The translations under genes were made by a program, and so were the position numbers. Shown in pieces: positions 42,411 to 54,018 of a stretch of 64,000 bases of DNA (the stretch's first letter is position 1; the number at the start of each line of letters is the position of its first letter). The notes under the pieces are model-generated. The model saw nothing but the letters and a program-made list of their open reading frames with translations, was not told where the DNA came from and ran no database searches. This stretch comes from Styela clava (lineage: Eukaryota), in NCBI RefSeq assembly GCF_964204865.1, contig NC_135260.1, forward strand, positions 8,804,001 through 8,868,000, in the 5' to 3' direction.

Positions 42411-44408
42411 AATGTGATAAATAACAAAATTAACTGCAAATTAATGACATAAAGCACACTGCAAAAAGATTTTCAACTTTATTCTCGTTGCCTATAATAT
42501 ATATTGCCCACATCCACATTGTAAATTATCGCTCTGTAGTTTACAGTCTACAGTCCTAGTATTTGGCTGGATTAGCCTATATTCACTCGCTGTATGTCGC
42601 CATCGGGACATGAGACAAAGGAAATTAGAGTTGACGTTCTTGAAAAAGGCCCTCGTTTAACAAATTGCTGCGTTCTGCAAAATATAACAGATACACAATT
42701 GTTTATATATATAACCTATATTGACCCCCGATTTGTTTAAATTGTACTCATAAATTCTATATTTCGCCTTGACAAAACCAAGTTGCAAGTGCAGTATAGG
42801 CTATATTATACTGGTTAGGGTATATATTTTGATCAGTAAATGAAAGCTCACAATATTTTTACAGCGCTGATCTTTGCTACACCTAAACAAACCATTAACC
42901 GCTCAAGCCATATTGTACTCCAAACTGTCAGCTTGTACACGGGTTATCAATACTGTGACGTTAGCAACTTCACGAACTTGATGACGACTCAATGCGTGAC
43001 GCAGACAAAATGAATTGTTGATATATATACACTAGACTAGAGCAATCATTATGTGCAAAAAAAATTTTCATGTGTGAATATTAAAATAGTTGGAGCCAAA
43101 ATGCATTGAAAAAACACCAAAAGCATTTTGTGGACTATTGTAACAACCACCGATTTAAAGAAAGTTGATATTAGTTTAATACAATAACAATACCGTCCAT
43201 TGTAGGCCTATAATTTCTGACCCTCCGCCAAAGAATTCTTCCGCCAAATACGTTCAATCACGGGTCACGCTCAATACAAAAAATTGTGAAAGAACATAAT
43301 TGGTCGGAAAACAAGTCGAAGTAGGTGCATTTTTGTTTCGAAATTTCAATCAAGGGGCTTTCATTTCCATATTATTCAGAACTACTATATCCTGCATACG
43401 GGCAATACGGTCGCACGTCGATAACCAGTCAAAAAGGTTGCATTGCATCAGTAACAGTGTGAAGTGTATAAAGAAACGTAAAATTCACTGACGTAAAGTA
43501 GAATATTTGACTTGTAAATTATTCGCATTCAATATTACATTGTGCTTAAATCAGAGGTCACATTTATAACTTGGAAACTACAAGCTATAGTGTCATGGCT
43601 AGAACATAGGAAAATGCTTCAGAAAATGTTGTAAACACGATCGGGGTTTCAGGGTTAGGTTTCAAGCTACAAATCAGCAACAAATATTTTTTAACAAAAA
43701 TTTAAAAGTTTGTCCGATGCATGATTAAAAATTTGCAGAATGAATCTTGCATGATGCCAATGACGTTCATCTTCTTTTCAACAGTTTGTTTATTGCAGTT
43801 GTTGGTTTTACTTTTAGAACTTCAGATAGGCAGGCCAGTGGTCTAAACTTTGAGCTTTCTCGGTTTGTTCCGAAAAGTAATAGGGCTTCAATATATTCCC
43901 GTCAAAGTAGTGACTTAGGTATGTCCGATTTAACAGCTTTGTGATTGTGAACAGTTTCAACCATACTATTGAAAACTTATATATATATGGGGCGAGACGG
44001 TTACAATCAATCAATTTTCACATGATTTTGTGAACGAATAATACAACAATGCTTCGTAAATACTAAAAAGGAAATTATCTTTAACCACTCCTTGTATGAG
44101 TGGATGCAAAGACTGTCGAATTGTGGAAAATATAATAATGCTCGTGTTCTAGAATATAACGGTATTGCACATTATCGTTAAGCGACTCTGGAATTATTAT
44201 ATTGAGGGGTTCAAAACATGAATTATTTTTGTTGGTTTGAGAAGCGAGACAAAGATTCAAGTTTGACACCGAATATTTTTGTGATACTGTTCAGCCATCA
44301 GTAATGTCCTATTTTAATAAAATATATATTTATATTTTATAAAAATCTTTTGTTTCATTTTTACAGAACCAGGCTGCTGAACTAACTATATACTGTATAT
44401 TTCAAAAA

Positions 44409-46804
44409 ATGAGATCATTTATAGCTTTGTTACTCATATGCGACATAAACGCTCAGAATATGAATAACTCTGTAGTTTTCAGTACAAAATGTGAAACTTG
44501 TGAGGTATCATGCAATACAGGGGAAGAGCCGGACTTATTCGTAAATAAGAGCGTTGAAATATGTTTGGGTCCAAATGGGAAAAGGGGTCGAGAGGGACCA
44601 ATTGGAGAAGCTGGTGAACCTGGGCCTCCTGGAGAATCGTGTGGCTGCGAGAAATACGATGAATTATGGACGAAAGCTCAATTTCTGAGAAAAATGTTGT
44701 TTGGTACGTTGTGAATATTTTTACTTCGTGTTACATAAAGTGTAAAATGTACATCAATTCTACAGCAACACGTCTAAAATACGTATTACATATATCTAAT
44801 TTATATTTTAGCGACGGATTCAGTATTTGAGTTATAATGAGAATATTATTGATATACATGTAAAGTACAATATCGTCTCGCTAATACCCGAATTGCGTAA
44901 GTCATTTTTGGCGATTTTGAGTTTTTTATAAAATAGGTATTTATGTAATGCTGCGCACCTGTCTGTTAACTCAGATTTTATTTTAGGAATTCCGAAACCC
45001 ATAAAAATGGAGATTTAGTATGACATGCACATTTGTGAAATTGTTTCGTCATAATGAATTATCCTTGTTACCGCAGTACTGTTGTGACGTCACAAAGGCA
45101 AAATACCCTCTGCGAAGTATTTTCGAGTTTTTCCATCTCGGATTCTAGCTTAGCGCGTATTAATTTGAATTTTTACTACAGTATAGGAAGACGTACACTT
45201 GTGATATTCACTGTCCGAGTCAAATTTACCTTGGTTGGCTTTTATATTGGGTGCATTGCTGTTTTATTCTTTATATTTAATCTTAGACCTATTTCGGTGG
45301 GTGTGCAGAACGTGTTATATTGAGGAAATATATATTTTTAAACATAAAAAATGATGTAATTGAAACTGATTAGCTATTTTGGGGATTAGACATTGTAGAT
45401 ACTGAGAATTACATTCGTTTTTGGAATGTTTAGTTTTCAGGACTGGTGCATATAGTGAAGTTGCAAAATTGCGTATGTCACCAAGTCAAAGACACATTTC
45501 TGCCTAAGTCACAGTGCGCCATTATGACGTCACTTAACTGCGTCATACAAATTAACTTAAATCCGGCTACGATCAAAAAATTGAACCATGGCAAATTATT
45601 GACTCTCAATTGCAACACAAAATCATTAGGAAGTTTTTTACGTTTTTCTCAAAACTGCTAAAAATGACTTACGCAATTCGGTTATTAGCGTGACGATATT
45701 GTAAAATATAATACTAAAATACTTGATTGAGAGCTCTTGTGCGGTCACTGTCAGTTTGTTCCTAGAATTTTTCATGCCAAGTTTTTCCAGGTACTTATAA
45801 ATAGTATATGAAATTTCTCACCATATTCCTGATGCTATTGGCACGAACTACTTCTAATTGTGTCACCATATCCACTATTGTGCTTCCTATAGTTGGCATG
45901 TTACCAGCGATAGTTCATGACTTCCTCTGGAGTGAATTTCTATTACACAGAATGACTGTATCGATAATTTTCATATAATTCTTAGTTCCAAACAAAGACA
46001 CTCAAAGTATCTCTGGAATAGAACTAATATAATGCAAGTCAAATGATTGGTGGAATAACTGTGTTGTCAATGTGAGCTAGAATCTTTGAGTGGAAGCCCC
46101 ATAGCCATCTTCGACTAGCAAGCAATAAATTGAGTAGTTTTTTACCGCAATAAATTTAGTAATTAGCGAGTAAGGTTGACGCAGTATAGACATTTTTCAG
46201 CATTTAAAGAAAACGCCAAGTTGGATTTTCTTGTCTGGAAAAAAGCAAGCAACGGTTTGTGGTATCGTTTATTTGAAGACACCGCTACTTGGACACAAGC
46301 AAAAGCAAATTGCGAAGCACAAAATGCAAGATTACCATCATCAGGAATGAGAACAAAATCAATTAGAAAGTAATTTAATACTGATATTGCATTTCTATTG
46401 GGCCTTTTCTAATATATATATATATTCCTTCTGTGTGGAATGCGAAGAATGTTGCCAAATTCTACTCGAAGAGCAGTTAAAATGGGTTTTATATAATATT
46501 ACAACTTTATGATTAGAATATTAACAAGTTGGGTGAGTGTGAATTTAATTTCAAAATATTTTCTAATCTTAGTGAATTTGATTTGATATCTAATTGCAGT
46601 ATGCAAACATACTACCTGCATTGTGCAATCGATTAGGACAGTGCCAGATACATGTCTCGTCATGTTGCCTTTCTAAGCATACCATATATACTAAACATCA
46701 TCCTCATAGTTCTTTGTTAATTCGTGGATTTTTTCTTCCAGAGAAGTTTTTGGTGGCATTCCAAACTCGATTGGTAATCTTTGGCTCGGATATAACGATA
46801 TTGC
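44409..46804 (+). pseudogene. Collectin-like gene copy A, truncated in the CTLD exon (exons 44409-44703, 46201-46369, 46742-46804)
   Basis: Matches copy B up to ...LWLGYNDIA, then joins LTR sequence; the rest of the exon does not resume on the other side of the element. Confidence 0.88.
44873..45696. mobile_element. TA-flanked TIR MITE in collectin A intron 1
   Basis: ~50-bp TIRs TCGTCTCGCTAATACCCGAATTGCGTAAGTCATTTTT / AAAAATGACTTACGCAATTCGGTTATTAGCGTGACGA; absent from copy B (~59983). Confidence 0.85.
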
Positions 46805-47048
46805 TGGAGAAATAGTAAACCTGCACTACTAATATCATTTTACAACAAGAATTACATAGATTTACGGCATTAAAACACTATAATAATAACCTAATATACA
46901 GAGGAATATCTACACTGCCGGCAGTCTGACAAACCAGCTACAAGAGAAAGTTACACAGTTGTTCACTAGTGACTCAAGTGGTAAGAATAAATATGGGCGT
47001 ACAGAATAAAACAGAGAATAAAACAGAGTTATAGACGTGGTCGTCTCA
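46805..47048 (-). repeat. 3' LTR (244 bp present; possibly truncated)
   Basis: Apparently identical to 53329-53572; starts TGAGAC right after the PPT. Confidence 0.9.
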
Positions 47049-47064
47049 TTACTCCCCCCTTTTT
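47049..47064 (-). promoter_or_regulatory. Polypurine tract
   Basis: AAAAAGGGGGGAGTAA immediately 5' of the 3' LTR on the - strand. Confidence 0.85.
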
Positions 47065-47220
47065 CAGATGGGAAATTACAAAGAAATTTTCCATCTTCAA
47101 AATTGACAATCCATAAAAATGTGAAGAAAATGTAAAGAACTGTACACTCAAATGAAATGTATATCTAAAAACAAAACAATGAATTGTTAAAAGCATGATA
47201 GAAGCACTATCACAGTCAAA

Positions 47221-50200
47221 TCAAATGTAATCATCCAAATATCTTGGCCTTCGCCTAGTACGTTGGTTATTATCAGAGTTCGCATCAACTGTAACTTCTT
47301 CTGGTACAGTGTCTGGCCTTTTTTCAAATATATCATGAGCAATCTGCTCATCATTTTCCATAATAGGTTCCACATCAGGTAAAATGTCAAATCCGGTTAA
47401 GTCAATGTCGTTGTCTTCTTCATCTTCATGAAGGTAAGGTCTTAACTTGTCAACGTGTACAATTCGAGAACGTGTTCCCGAATTCTTCTGGATCCTATAC
47501 AAGTGATTAGGTAAACAGTCCACAATTCGATAAGGTCCAATCCAAGGAATACTCAGCTTGCGATGCTTTGGTGGATAATAATACCACACCAATTCATCTC
47601 TCTGGAAAGTAAGTGGTTTAACACCCAGATCAAAATTTCGCTTTTGTCTGGTTGCAGCAGCATTTAGATGTTGCCTAGCATGAAGAAAAGCTTTTTCAGT
47701 TGCACAGGAAAACCATTCGACAAACTCAGTGTAACAAGGATGAATAGATGACTCTGGTTTGCCAAACATAACATCAACAGGCATCTCGATTTCTCGTCCA
47801 AGCATTAACTTGTTCGGTGAATATCCTGTACTATCATGTACAGTGGAGCGATATGCCATGCAAAGATATGGGAGATGGTCGTCCCAATCATTTCGATTCT
47901 CATTTACAAAAGCTTTCAACATCTGCTGTATGGTCCTGTTGAAACGTTCAACTTGTCCATCTGAACGAGGATGATATGGAGTTGTTCGAGTCTTTTGAAT
48001 CCCGTACAATTGACACATTTCTGAAAATAATTTTGATTCAAAGTCTCTTCCTTGATCTGAGTGGAGAATTCTTGGTACCCCAAATCTCGAAAAGAATTGA
48101 GTAACCAATGCATCAGCAGTGGTGTCAGCTCGCTGATTTGGTAAAGCAAAACATTCCACCCATTTAGAGAAATAATCCGACAAAACCAAAATGTGTTCAT
48201 TTCCATTTTCAGTTACAGGCAATGGTCCAAGAAAATCAATGGTAATCCTTTCCATAGGAGCTCCAGATATAAGTTGTTTCAAATCTCCCTGTCTTCTTCC
48301 GTAAAGCATCTTTGTTGAAGCACAAGACTTGCAAAATTTGCACCATTTCAGAATGTCCCTTTTGAAACCAGGCCAATAAAATCTGCGCCTTATACTCTTG
48401 AAAGTTCGATTAGCACCAAGATGACCTGCAGTGCGCAAAGAATGTAGCTTATGGAACAAATCCTGCCTCAAATTTGATGGAACAATCAATTGGATATGCG
48501 ATTCCTCCGATTTACAATCAGGAATCCAACGACGATAGAGAAGTCCATTATCTACAAAAATCAAATCCCATTGTGACATCAAACGTTTGGTCACTGTTGA
48601 TTCAGGCATGTATTCTTGAATGTCAGGTTTCATAGCAGTAAGTTGTTTCCATTTCAAAACAGCAGAAATATCTGGATCTTCACTTTGCCAAGATTTAATT
48701 TGTTCATCTGTGTAGGTATCTAGCCAATTACAATCGGAACAGTCTGACGATGATTGACCGGGCCGTTTTGATATTGCACTTACAATAACATTGCTCACAG
48801 CCACATCACCATTGGTACCACAATCAGAACAATCTTCTCGTTTGCATTTGCGAACTTGGCGTGACAATCCATCAGCATTGCCATGTTTCACGCCCGGTCT
48901 GTGTTCAATCTTAAAGTCATAAGCACCAAGTGTTAATATCCATCTTGCTAACATTCCTTGAGGTTCACGAAAATTGATCAACCATTTCAGAGCAGCATGA
49001 TCTGTGCGAATTCTGAACGGTCTCCCGAGAAGAAAATGACTGAAGTGACGAACAGCCCACACCACAGCTAATAGTTCTCGGTGTGTAGCACAGTATCTAC
49101 GTTGAGACTTGGACATAGTCTTACTGGCATAAGAAAGTACACGTTCATTGTCGTCCTGAACTTGAGATAACACTGCACCAATCCCAAAACCACTGGCATC
49201 AGTATCCAATACAAATTCGCCGATTGTCCTCGGAAAGCTAAGAATTGGGGCAGATGTCAGACAATGCTTCAAAGTTTCAAAAGCCTTTTGACATTCAGTA
49301 CTCCATACAAAAGAAATATTCTTCCTGGTCAATCGAATAAGAGGTCCAGCAATTGTTGAATAATCTTGAACAAATTTCCGGTAGTAGTTCGCTGTGCCTA
49401 GAAAACTACGAATATCGCTGACAGAATTAGGCGTTTTCCATTCTTTGATAGCCGCAACATTTCCAGGGTCGCAACAGACACCTTCAGATGAAATAAGATA
49501 ACCAAGATAAGAGGTGCTTCGACGGAAAAGTTTACATTTCGAGGGCTTCAAGCGTAAACCGGCACGGCGAAGTCTTATAAAAACTTCCCGAAGATTTGAG
49601 AGTGCCATTGAGAAATCACTACCATGAGCCAAAACATCATCAAGAAAATTGAAACACCCGTTCCACAGAAGATCACCAAGGATATTGTCCATCATCCGTT
49701 CGAATGTTGCGGGAGCATTCGCCAAACCGAAAGGCATCACTACAAAGTGAAAATGACCACGGCCTGGGATGCTGAAGGCTGTCTTTTCACGGTCTGCAGG
49801 ATCAACCTCCACTTGCCAATATCCGCTAGCGAGATCAAGAGTTGAGAACCATTGTGCTCCGTTTAAGGACTCAATGATATCCTCAATACGCGGCAAGGGA
49901 TATGCGTCCTTGTATGTGACGTCATTAAGCAATCTAAAATCCACGCAAAATCTGGTAGAACCATCCTTTTTGGGAACTAGGACAATGGGAGAAGAATATG
50001 GGGAATCGCTGGGTTCTTTGACACCCTGAGCCAGCATATTATCAACAGCTTCTTCGGCTATCTTCCTACGCGCCCACCCCATTCGACGAGGAGCCTGCCG
50101 AATCGGCTGTGGTGTGGTTGTGATGATCCTATGCTTTGCTGCTGAAGTACGGCCTAGTTCACCATCTGGCCCTACAAATACATCATGAAATTCACAAATC

Positions 50201-51072
50201 AAATTGACCAACTGTTCACGTTGACTCGGGGTTAGATCCTCAACGGAATTGACCATGTCATGTAGATGTTCTGGTAATTCAGAAGCTATAACCCGATTAT
50301 CGAATTCGTCAACTTGAATTTGTGCTACAAGTTGAGGATGTGCAATACCAAGCAAAGATCCAGCCCTGATCTTAAGTTGTCTGCCTTTTTGGTTCACCGC
50401 TAGAACAGGAACAGTGGACTTTCCTGGATCCACAACAGAAGAGATCAGCTGAATGCCATCAGCGAGGAAAGAAGAATTCAGCGGTTCAACAAGAGCAGCA
50501 ACGTCAGACAAACTGCTTTTCGGCCAAGGACGACTAAGTTGTGCAGGGATAACAACCTTAGAATATGGCGGTATCGTAATATCTTCTCGAACAGTTACAC
50601 GACAACACGGTACAGACTTTTCAGTAAACAGTTTGATTTCATGACCCTCTATCATCATGTGTCCAGATGATAAGTAAAGAACGCAATCATGTTCTCGGAG
50701 ATAGTCCATGCCCAAAATACCATTAGACATACCTAGGTTGGCAACAACAACAGTGCGTCGCGATGCAAAAGAATCAATAGACAAATCAACTTCCAAAGTA
50801 CCCAGTGGTAATAAATCATGTCCTCCCACTGCAACAAGAGATTCTTCGAGCGGTGCTAAATGTGCTTCTTTCCCACCTATAGCCTCAAAGATGGAAATGT
50901 CGATCAGAGTAGTCATAGCACCACTATCTACAAGAAAATTGAACGGTTGATTGTTTACAAGTACCTTCGCATGCCAACTATTGTCATATTGCAAAGAACA
51001 AATATTCAGGTCTATATTCTGGTTCGTTGGTCCGTCATCAAGTAATAATTCAGCGGACACTGAGGACCTCAA
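47221..51072 (-). CDS. pol: Gypsy Pol (protease, RT, RNase H, integrase), probably expressed by -1 frameshift from gag
   Basis: LVDSGA; RFCVDFRLLN, MPFGLANAPATF, FLDD; LDTDAS; HHCC zinc finger; SDQG, GQVERFNRT. Confidence 0.96.
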   Translation of the reverse strand: MRSSVSAELLLDDGPTNQNIDLNICSLQYDNSWHAKVLVNNQPFNFLVDSGAMTTLIDISIFEAIGGKEAHLAPLEESLVAVGGHDLLPLGTLEVDLSIDSFASRRTVVVANLGMSNGILGMDYLREHDCVLYLSSGHMMIEGHEIKLFTEKSVPCCRVTVREDITIPPYSKVVIPAQLSRPWPKSSLSDVAALVEPLNSSFLADGIQLISSVVDPGKSTVPVLAVNQKGRQLKIRAGSLLGIAHPQLVAQIQVDEFDNRVIASELPEHLHDMVNSVEDLTPSQREQLVNLICEFHDVFVGPDGELGRTSAAKHRIITTTPQPIRQAPRRMGWARRKIAEEAVDNMLAQGVKEPSDSPYSSPIVLVPKKDGSTRFCVDFRLLNDVTYKDAYPLPRIEDIIESLNGAQWFSTLDLASGYWQVEVDPADREKTAFSIPGRGHFHFVVMPFGLANAPATFERMMDNILGDLLWNGCFNFLDDVLAHGSDFSMALSNLREVFIRLRRAGLRLKPSKCKLFRRSTSYLGYLISSEGVCCDPGNVAAIKEWKTPNSVSDIRSFLGTANYYRKFVQDYSTIAGPLIRLTRKNISFVWSTECQKAFETLKHCLTSAPILSFPRTIGEFVLDTDASGFGIGAVLSQVQDDNERVLSYASKTMSKSQRRYCATHRELLAVVWAVRHFSHFLLGRPFRIRTDHAALKWLINFREPQGMLARWILTLGAYDFKIEHRPGVKHGNADGLSRQVRKCKREDCSDCGTNGDVAVSNVIVSAISKRPGQSSSDCSDCNWLDTYTDEQIKSWQSEDPDISAVLKWKQLTAMKPDIQEYMPESTVTKRLMSQWDLIFVDNGLLYRRWIPDCKSEESHIQLIVPSNLRQDLFHKLHSLRTAGHLGANRTFKSIRRRFYWPGFKRDILKWCKFCKSCASTKMLYGRRQGDLKQLISGAPMERITIDFLGPLPVTENGNEHILVLSDYFSKWVECFALPNQRADTTADALVTQFFSRFGVPRILHSDQGRDFESKLFSEMCQLYGIQKTRTTPYHPRSDGQVERFNRTIQQMLKAFVNENRNDWDDHLPYLCMAYRSTVHDSTGYSPNKLMLGREIEMPVDVMFGKPESSIHPCYTEFVEWFSCATEKAFLHARQHLNAAATRQKRNFDLGVKPLTFQRDELVWYYYPPKHRKLSIPWIGPYRIVDCLPNHLYRIQKNSGTRSRIVHVDKLRPYLHEDEEDNDIDLTGFDILPDVEPIMENDEQIAHDIFEKRPDTVPEEVTVDANSDNNQRTRRRPRYLDDYI

Positions 51073-51096
51073 GCCCGCTGAGTGTCGTTTAAATTT
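51048..51096 (-). promoter_or_regulatory. -1 programmed ribosomal frameshift signal
   Basis: A AAU UUA AAC in the gag frame, a 5-nt spacer, then stem UCAGCGGGC...GUCCGCUGA; pol is in the -1 frame. Confidence 0.8.
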
Positions 51097-52646
51097 GCGG
51101 TCGAAGAGGAAGCAGCTGTTGCAGGATCAGCGAGATTCTGAAGATGTGGACAATCCCGTTTAAGATGACCAGTCTGCTTGCAATTAAAACATGCCTTGCA
51201 ATCCCTGCCCCAATGACCATGTTTACCACATCGAGGACACGGGTTGCGTGGTACACCATCAAAATTGCGATTGTTGGCACGCGGCTTAACATATCCTATA
51301 ATCTCATCCAGTTTCTGTACAAGTAACTTGATACTGTCTTCAAGAGAAAAGTCGCTTTGCTGATTAACTACATTACCAGTATTGCTCTGTTTCACTGCTG
51401 CAATGCGCGGTTTAGACATGTTCTTTCCCTCGGAGTGGTTATTATCAACAGAGTAATACAGTGTCGCAAGAGACAAAGCCTTTTCGAAAGTATCAGGCTG
51501 TTGCATGGTAACATGCTTGATCATGCTTTCATCGGTTAGACCGGCAAGAAATTGCGATTTCAAAATATCATCTTGACCAGTAATATCCAGATTTGGGTAG
51601 GCAAGAATAACAAGCTCTTTCAACTTATTACCGTAATCCCGTGGCGCTTCATTTGGCTTAATCCTACGACAGTGAAATGTAGTACGGTAGGAGCTCTCAT
51701 TTCCGGCAGGTTTGAAGAAATGATTGAAATGAGCCACAATATCACGATAGCTAGTACGTTTCATATCTGGTAAATCTTTCAACACATTTAGAGCTTGACC
51801 TGTCATGCAAGTAGCCAATTCTAATCCCGCAGTGTCGTCATCCCACTGATTATAACTGGTAACCAATTCAAAATGGCATAAATAACTGGGCCACGTCATG
51901 ACAGTGGATCCATCGAAATACATTGGCTTTTTGGCATTTCTTGCCATCATCGTAGCATTAGCTGTGCTATTGAGAACACTATGACTAACATTGGCATTTG
52001 AGACACTACTAGCGCTCACTGGAGGAGCTGATTGTGTAGCCACTGTAACCATTTTCGGCCTAGTACTAAGTTGCCTTCTGACATTTGTGCCCTCATTACC
52101 ATTATCATTCAAAAAAGGAATTGTAGGTGCAAGGTTACTCACATGACCATTCTCCAAAAATTTCACTTCTAATGTCTGTGAGAACGCGTTCCGCTTCCCT
52201 TCTGGCTGTCCATCTTCTGATCCAAAATCAGAAATTTCATCATGCTTGAGAACAGGTGCTGCTTTTGGAACAACTGTTGCTGGTGTTGAAGTGATCAGGC
52301 TGACATTTGGGTCATGTGACATGGGCTGGGTTTCCTCAGGATCAGCAATTTTTCCTTTATTAACCACGCCAGAAATATCTTGCAGAATGCTGTACATCTG
52401 CTCAAATGACGAGCCCATTTTTGTATTTTGGAATTCAACTGATTCTAGTTGACTTCCAATCTGTTGTACACAACCGTCCATCTGTTGCATGCGACTGTCT
52501 ATCAGTTGCAAACGGCTGTCAGTCTCCTCTTGCTTTTCCTCTGACTCCCTCAATTTTGCCTTCAATACCTGTATTTGCAGATGCAAAAGTTCATTCTCCT
52601 CTTTGGCTTGCTTTGGTGCCGGTACAATCTTTCTTCTCTTAACCAT
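51069..52646 (-). CDS. gag: Gypsy Gag with coiled-coil N-terminus and two CCHC zinc knuckles
   Basis: CPRCGKHGHWGRDC and CFNCKQTGHLKRDC; 525-aa ORF directly upstream of pol. Confidence 0.93.
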   Translation of the reverse strand: MVKRRKIVPAPKQAKEENELLHLQIQVLKAKLRESEEKQEETDSRLQLIDSRMQQMDGCVQQIGSQLESVEFQNTKMGSSFEQMYSILQDISGVVNKGKIADPEETQPMSHDPNVSLITSTPATVVPKAAPVLKHDEISDFGSEDGQPEGKRNAFSQTLEVKFLENGHVSNLAPTIPFLNDNGNEGTNVRRQLSTRPKMVTVATQSAPPVSASSVSNANVSHSVLNSTANATMMARNAKKPMYFDGSTVMTWPSYLCHFELVTSYNQWDDDTAGLELATCMTGQALNVLKDLPDMKRTSYRDIVAHFNHFFKPAGNESSYRTTFHCRRIKPNEAPRDYGNKLKELVILAYPNLDITGQDDILKSQFLAGLTDESMIKHVTMQQPDTFEKALSLATLYYSVDNNHSEGKNMSKPRIAAVKQSNTGNVVNQQSDFSLEDSIKLLVQKLDEIIGYVKPRANNRNFDGVPRNPCPRCGKHGHWGRDCKACFNCKQTGHLKRDCPHLQNLADPATAASSSTANLNDTQRA

Positions 52647-52783
52647 TTTTCCAAAATATCAGGCAACCGCAATTAAAAAAAAATTCGGCAACCTCAAATG
52701 TCCAATATTGTCCAAATATTATCCGTCACAGACTAGCCTACTTAATCGGCTTAGTCTTAATAGTCCCTGTGTCAAATAATATA

Positions 52784-52802
52784 TCCTGGCGTGTGCTCGC
52801 CA
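52784..52802 (-). promoter_or_regulatory. Candidate primer-binding site (tRNA-Arg-like)
   Basis: TGGCGAGCACACGCCAGGA resembles the complement of a tRNA-Arg(ACG) 3' end (recalled, not aligned). Confidence 0.5.
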
Positions 52803-53328
52803 AAAATTCGTATATGTGGCGTACCAAAATTGATATCACCACTCAGGTTCTTTCTGCCAGCTTATCGGACACTGAAGTTGCAATAGATGTCGTTCACAAA
52901 ACAATCTTCTTGCGGTTCCAATCACAGCAGAGTAACTAAGTTAACTAACTAGATTAATTATACACCTGTAAGAACTTAATACAACCAAATACTCCAATAA
53001 GAAATACAATAAACAAATAAAAACATGAAAAACACAGTACAAATACCGTAGGATACATACGTAACAAAAGATACGGAATTGGTCTATGACGTCACAGTCA
53101 TGAACTATTTACTTATAATGGGATACTAAAAACCGGGTAAAACATGCCTAGATATACATAAGAATAACTAGAATGACACTAAAGATACAACACAAATCCT
53201 ATCTTATCGACAAACACGTAATATACATGGAAATACGCATAGAAATCACACAGGAAATAAACTGCGAAAATAGACTAGTTACGGAAGTGTTAAATACAAG
53301 CTAACTAGTGAACAGAGCTATGCCAAAC

Positions 53329-53572
53329 TGGAGAAATAGTAAACCTGCACTACTAATATCATTTTACAACAAGAATTACATAGATTTACGGCATTAAAAC
53401 ACTATAATAATAACCTAATATACAGAGGAATATCTACACTGCCGGCAGTCTGACAAACCAGCTACAAGAGAAAGTTACACAGTTGTTCACTAGTGACTCA
53501 AGTGGTAAGAATAAATATGGGCGTACAGAATAAAACAGAGAATAAAACAGAGTTATAGACGTGGTCGTCTCA
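53329..53572 (-). repeat. 5' LTR (shared part; true LTR may extend to ~52815)
   Basis: Direct repeat of 46805-47048. Confidence 0.9.
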
Positions 53573-54018
53573 CATAACATTTGCTTGGGCAGCTTTTCCT
53601 CCTGGTGTAATCTAAAAATAACTTCGGTTTATTGTATCACGTATTCTACGAAATGGAAAGTGATAATTTTTGTTTTAACATTTGGTTTTAACAGTTAATT
53701 TTAAGCTAAGGCAATCGTATGAGATTAATAACTAATACCCTATTCATTTTGAACTTCATGGAAATTCTTTTGAGGAAGTTTGTTTAAAACAGTTGACCTT
53801 GTATAGAATAGAATTATCTCTTATCTATCACCATTCATTTATCGTTTGTTCACAAGATGTTGCGGTGAACGTTAATGATCCTTTACTGTATAAATATTAG
53901 ATCTGTCAATAATTGCAATACTTACTCTTGAAATAGTACAAGGTGCTCCTGCAAAAGTTCCACTTGATAGACGGAATCCCCAAGGCTGTCCGCCGGACAT
54001 TGATACCTCATAAGGCAT
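53573..54018 (-). pseudogene. PDZ-LIM family (ZASP/LDB3/PDLIM-like) fragment: first coding exon 54018-53926 and start of the next exon 53611-53573, cut by the LTR
   Basis: MPYEVSMSGGQPWGFRLSSGTFAGAPCTISR|ITPGGKAAQANVM with GTAAGT donor and TTTTAG acceptor; fits the PWGFRL...ISRITPG.KAAQ N-terminal PDZ pattern. Too short for the ORF track. Confidence 0.82.

Larger units (their letters stand above)
39298..46804. repeat. Recent segmental duplication, left unit (HAO exons 1-7 plus collectin); right unit starts at 54410
   Basis: Near-identical to 54410-~61098 including introns and intergenic DNA (HAO ATGs 15,119 bp apart). Confidence 0.92.
46805..53572 (-). mobile_element. Ty3/Gypsy LTR retrotransposon with open gag and pol
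   Basis: Terminal direct repeats, PPT, gag with CCHC knuckles, pol in PR-RT-RH-IN order. Confidence 0.97.

Noticed and set aside
43300-44269. Short ORFs repeated at 58418-59414
   Set aside because: Their recurrence reflects the recent duplication, not coding conservation.
47759-52779. Many plus-strand ORFs inside the retrotransposon
   Set aside because: Antisense shadows of gag and pol with no motifs.
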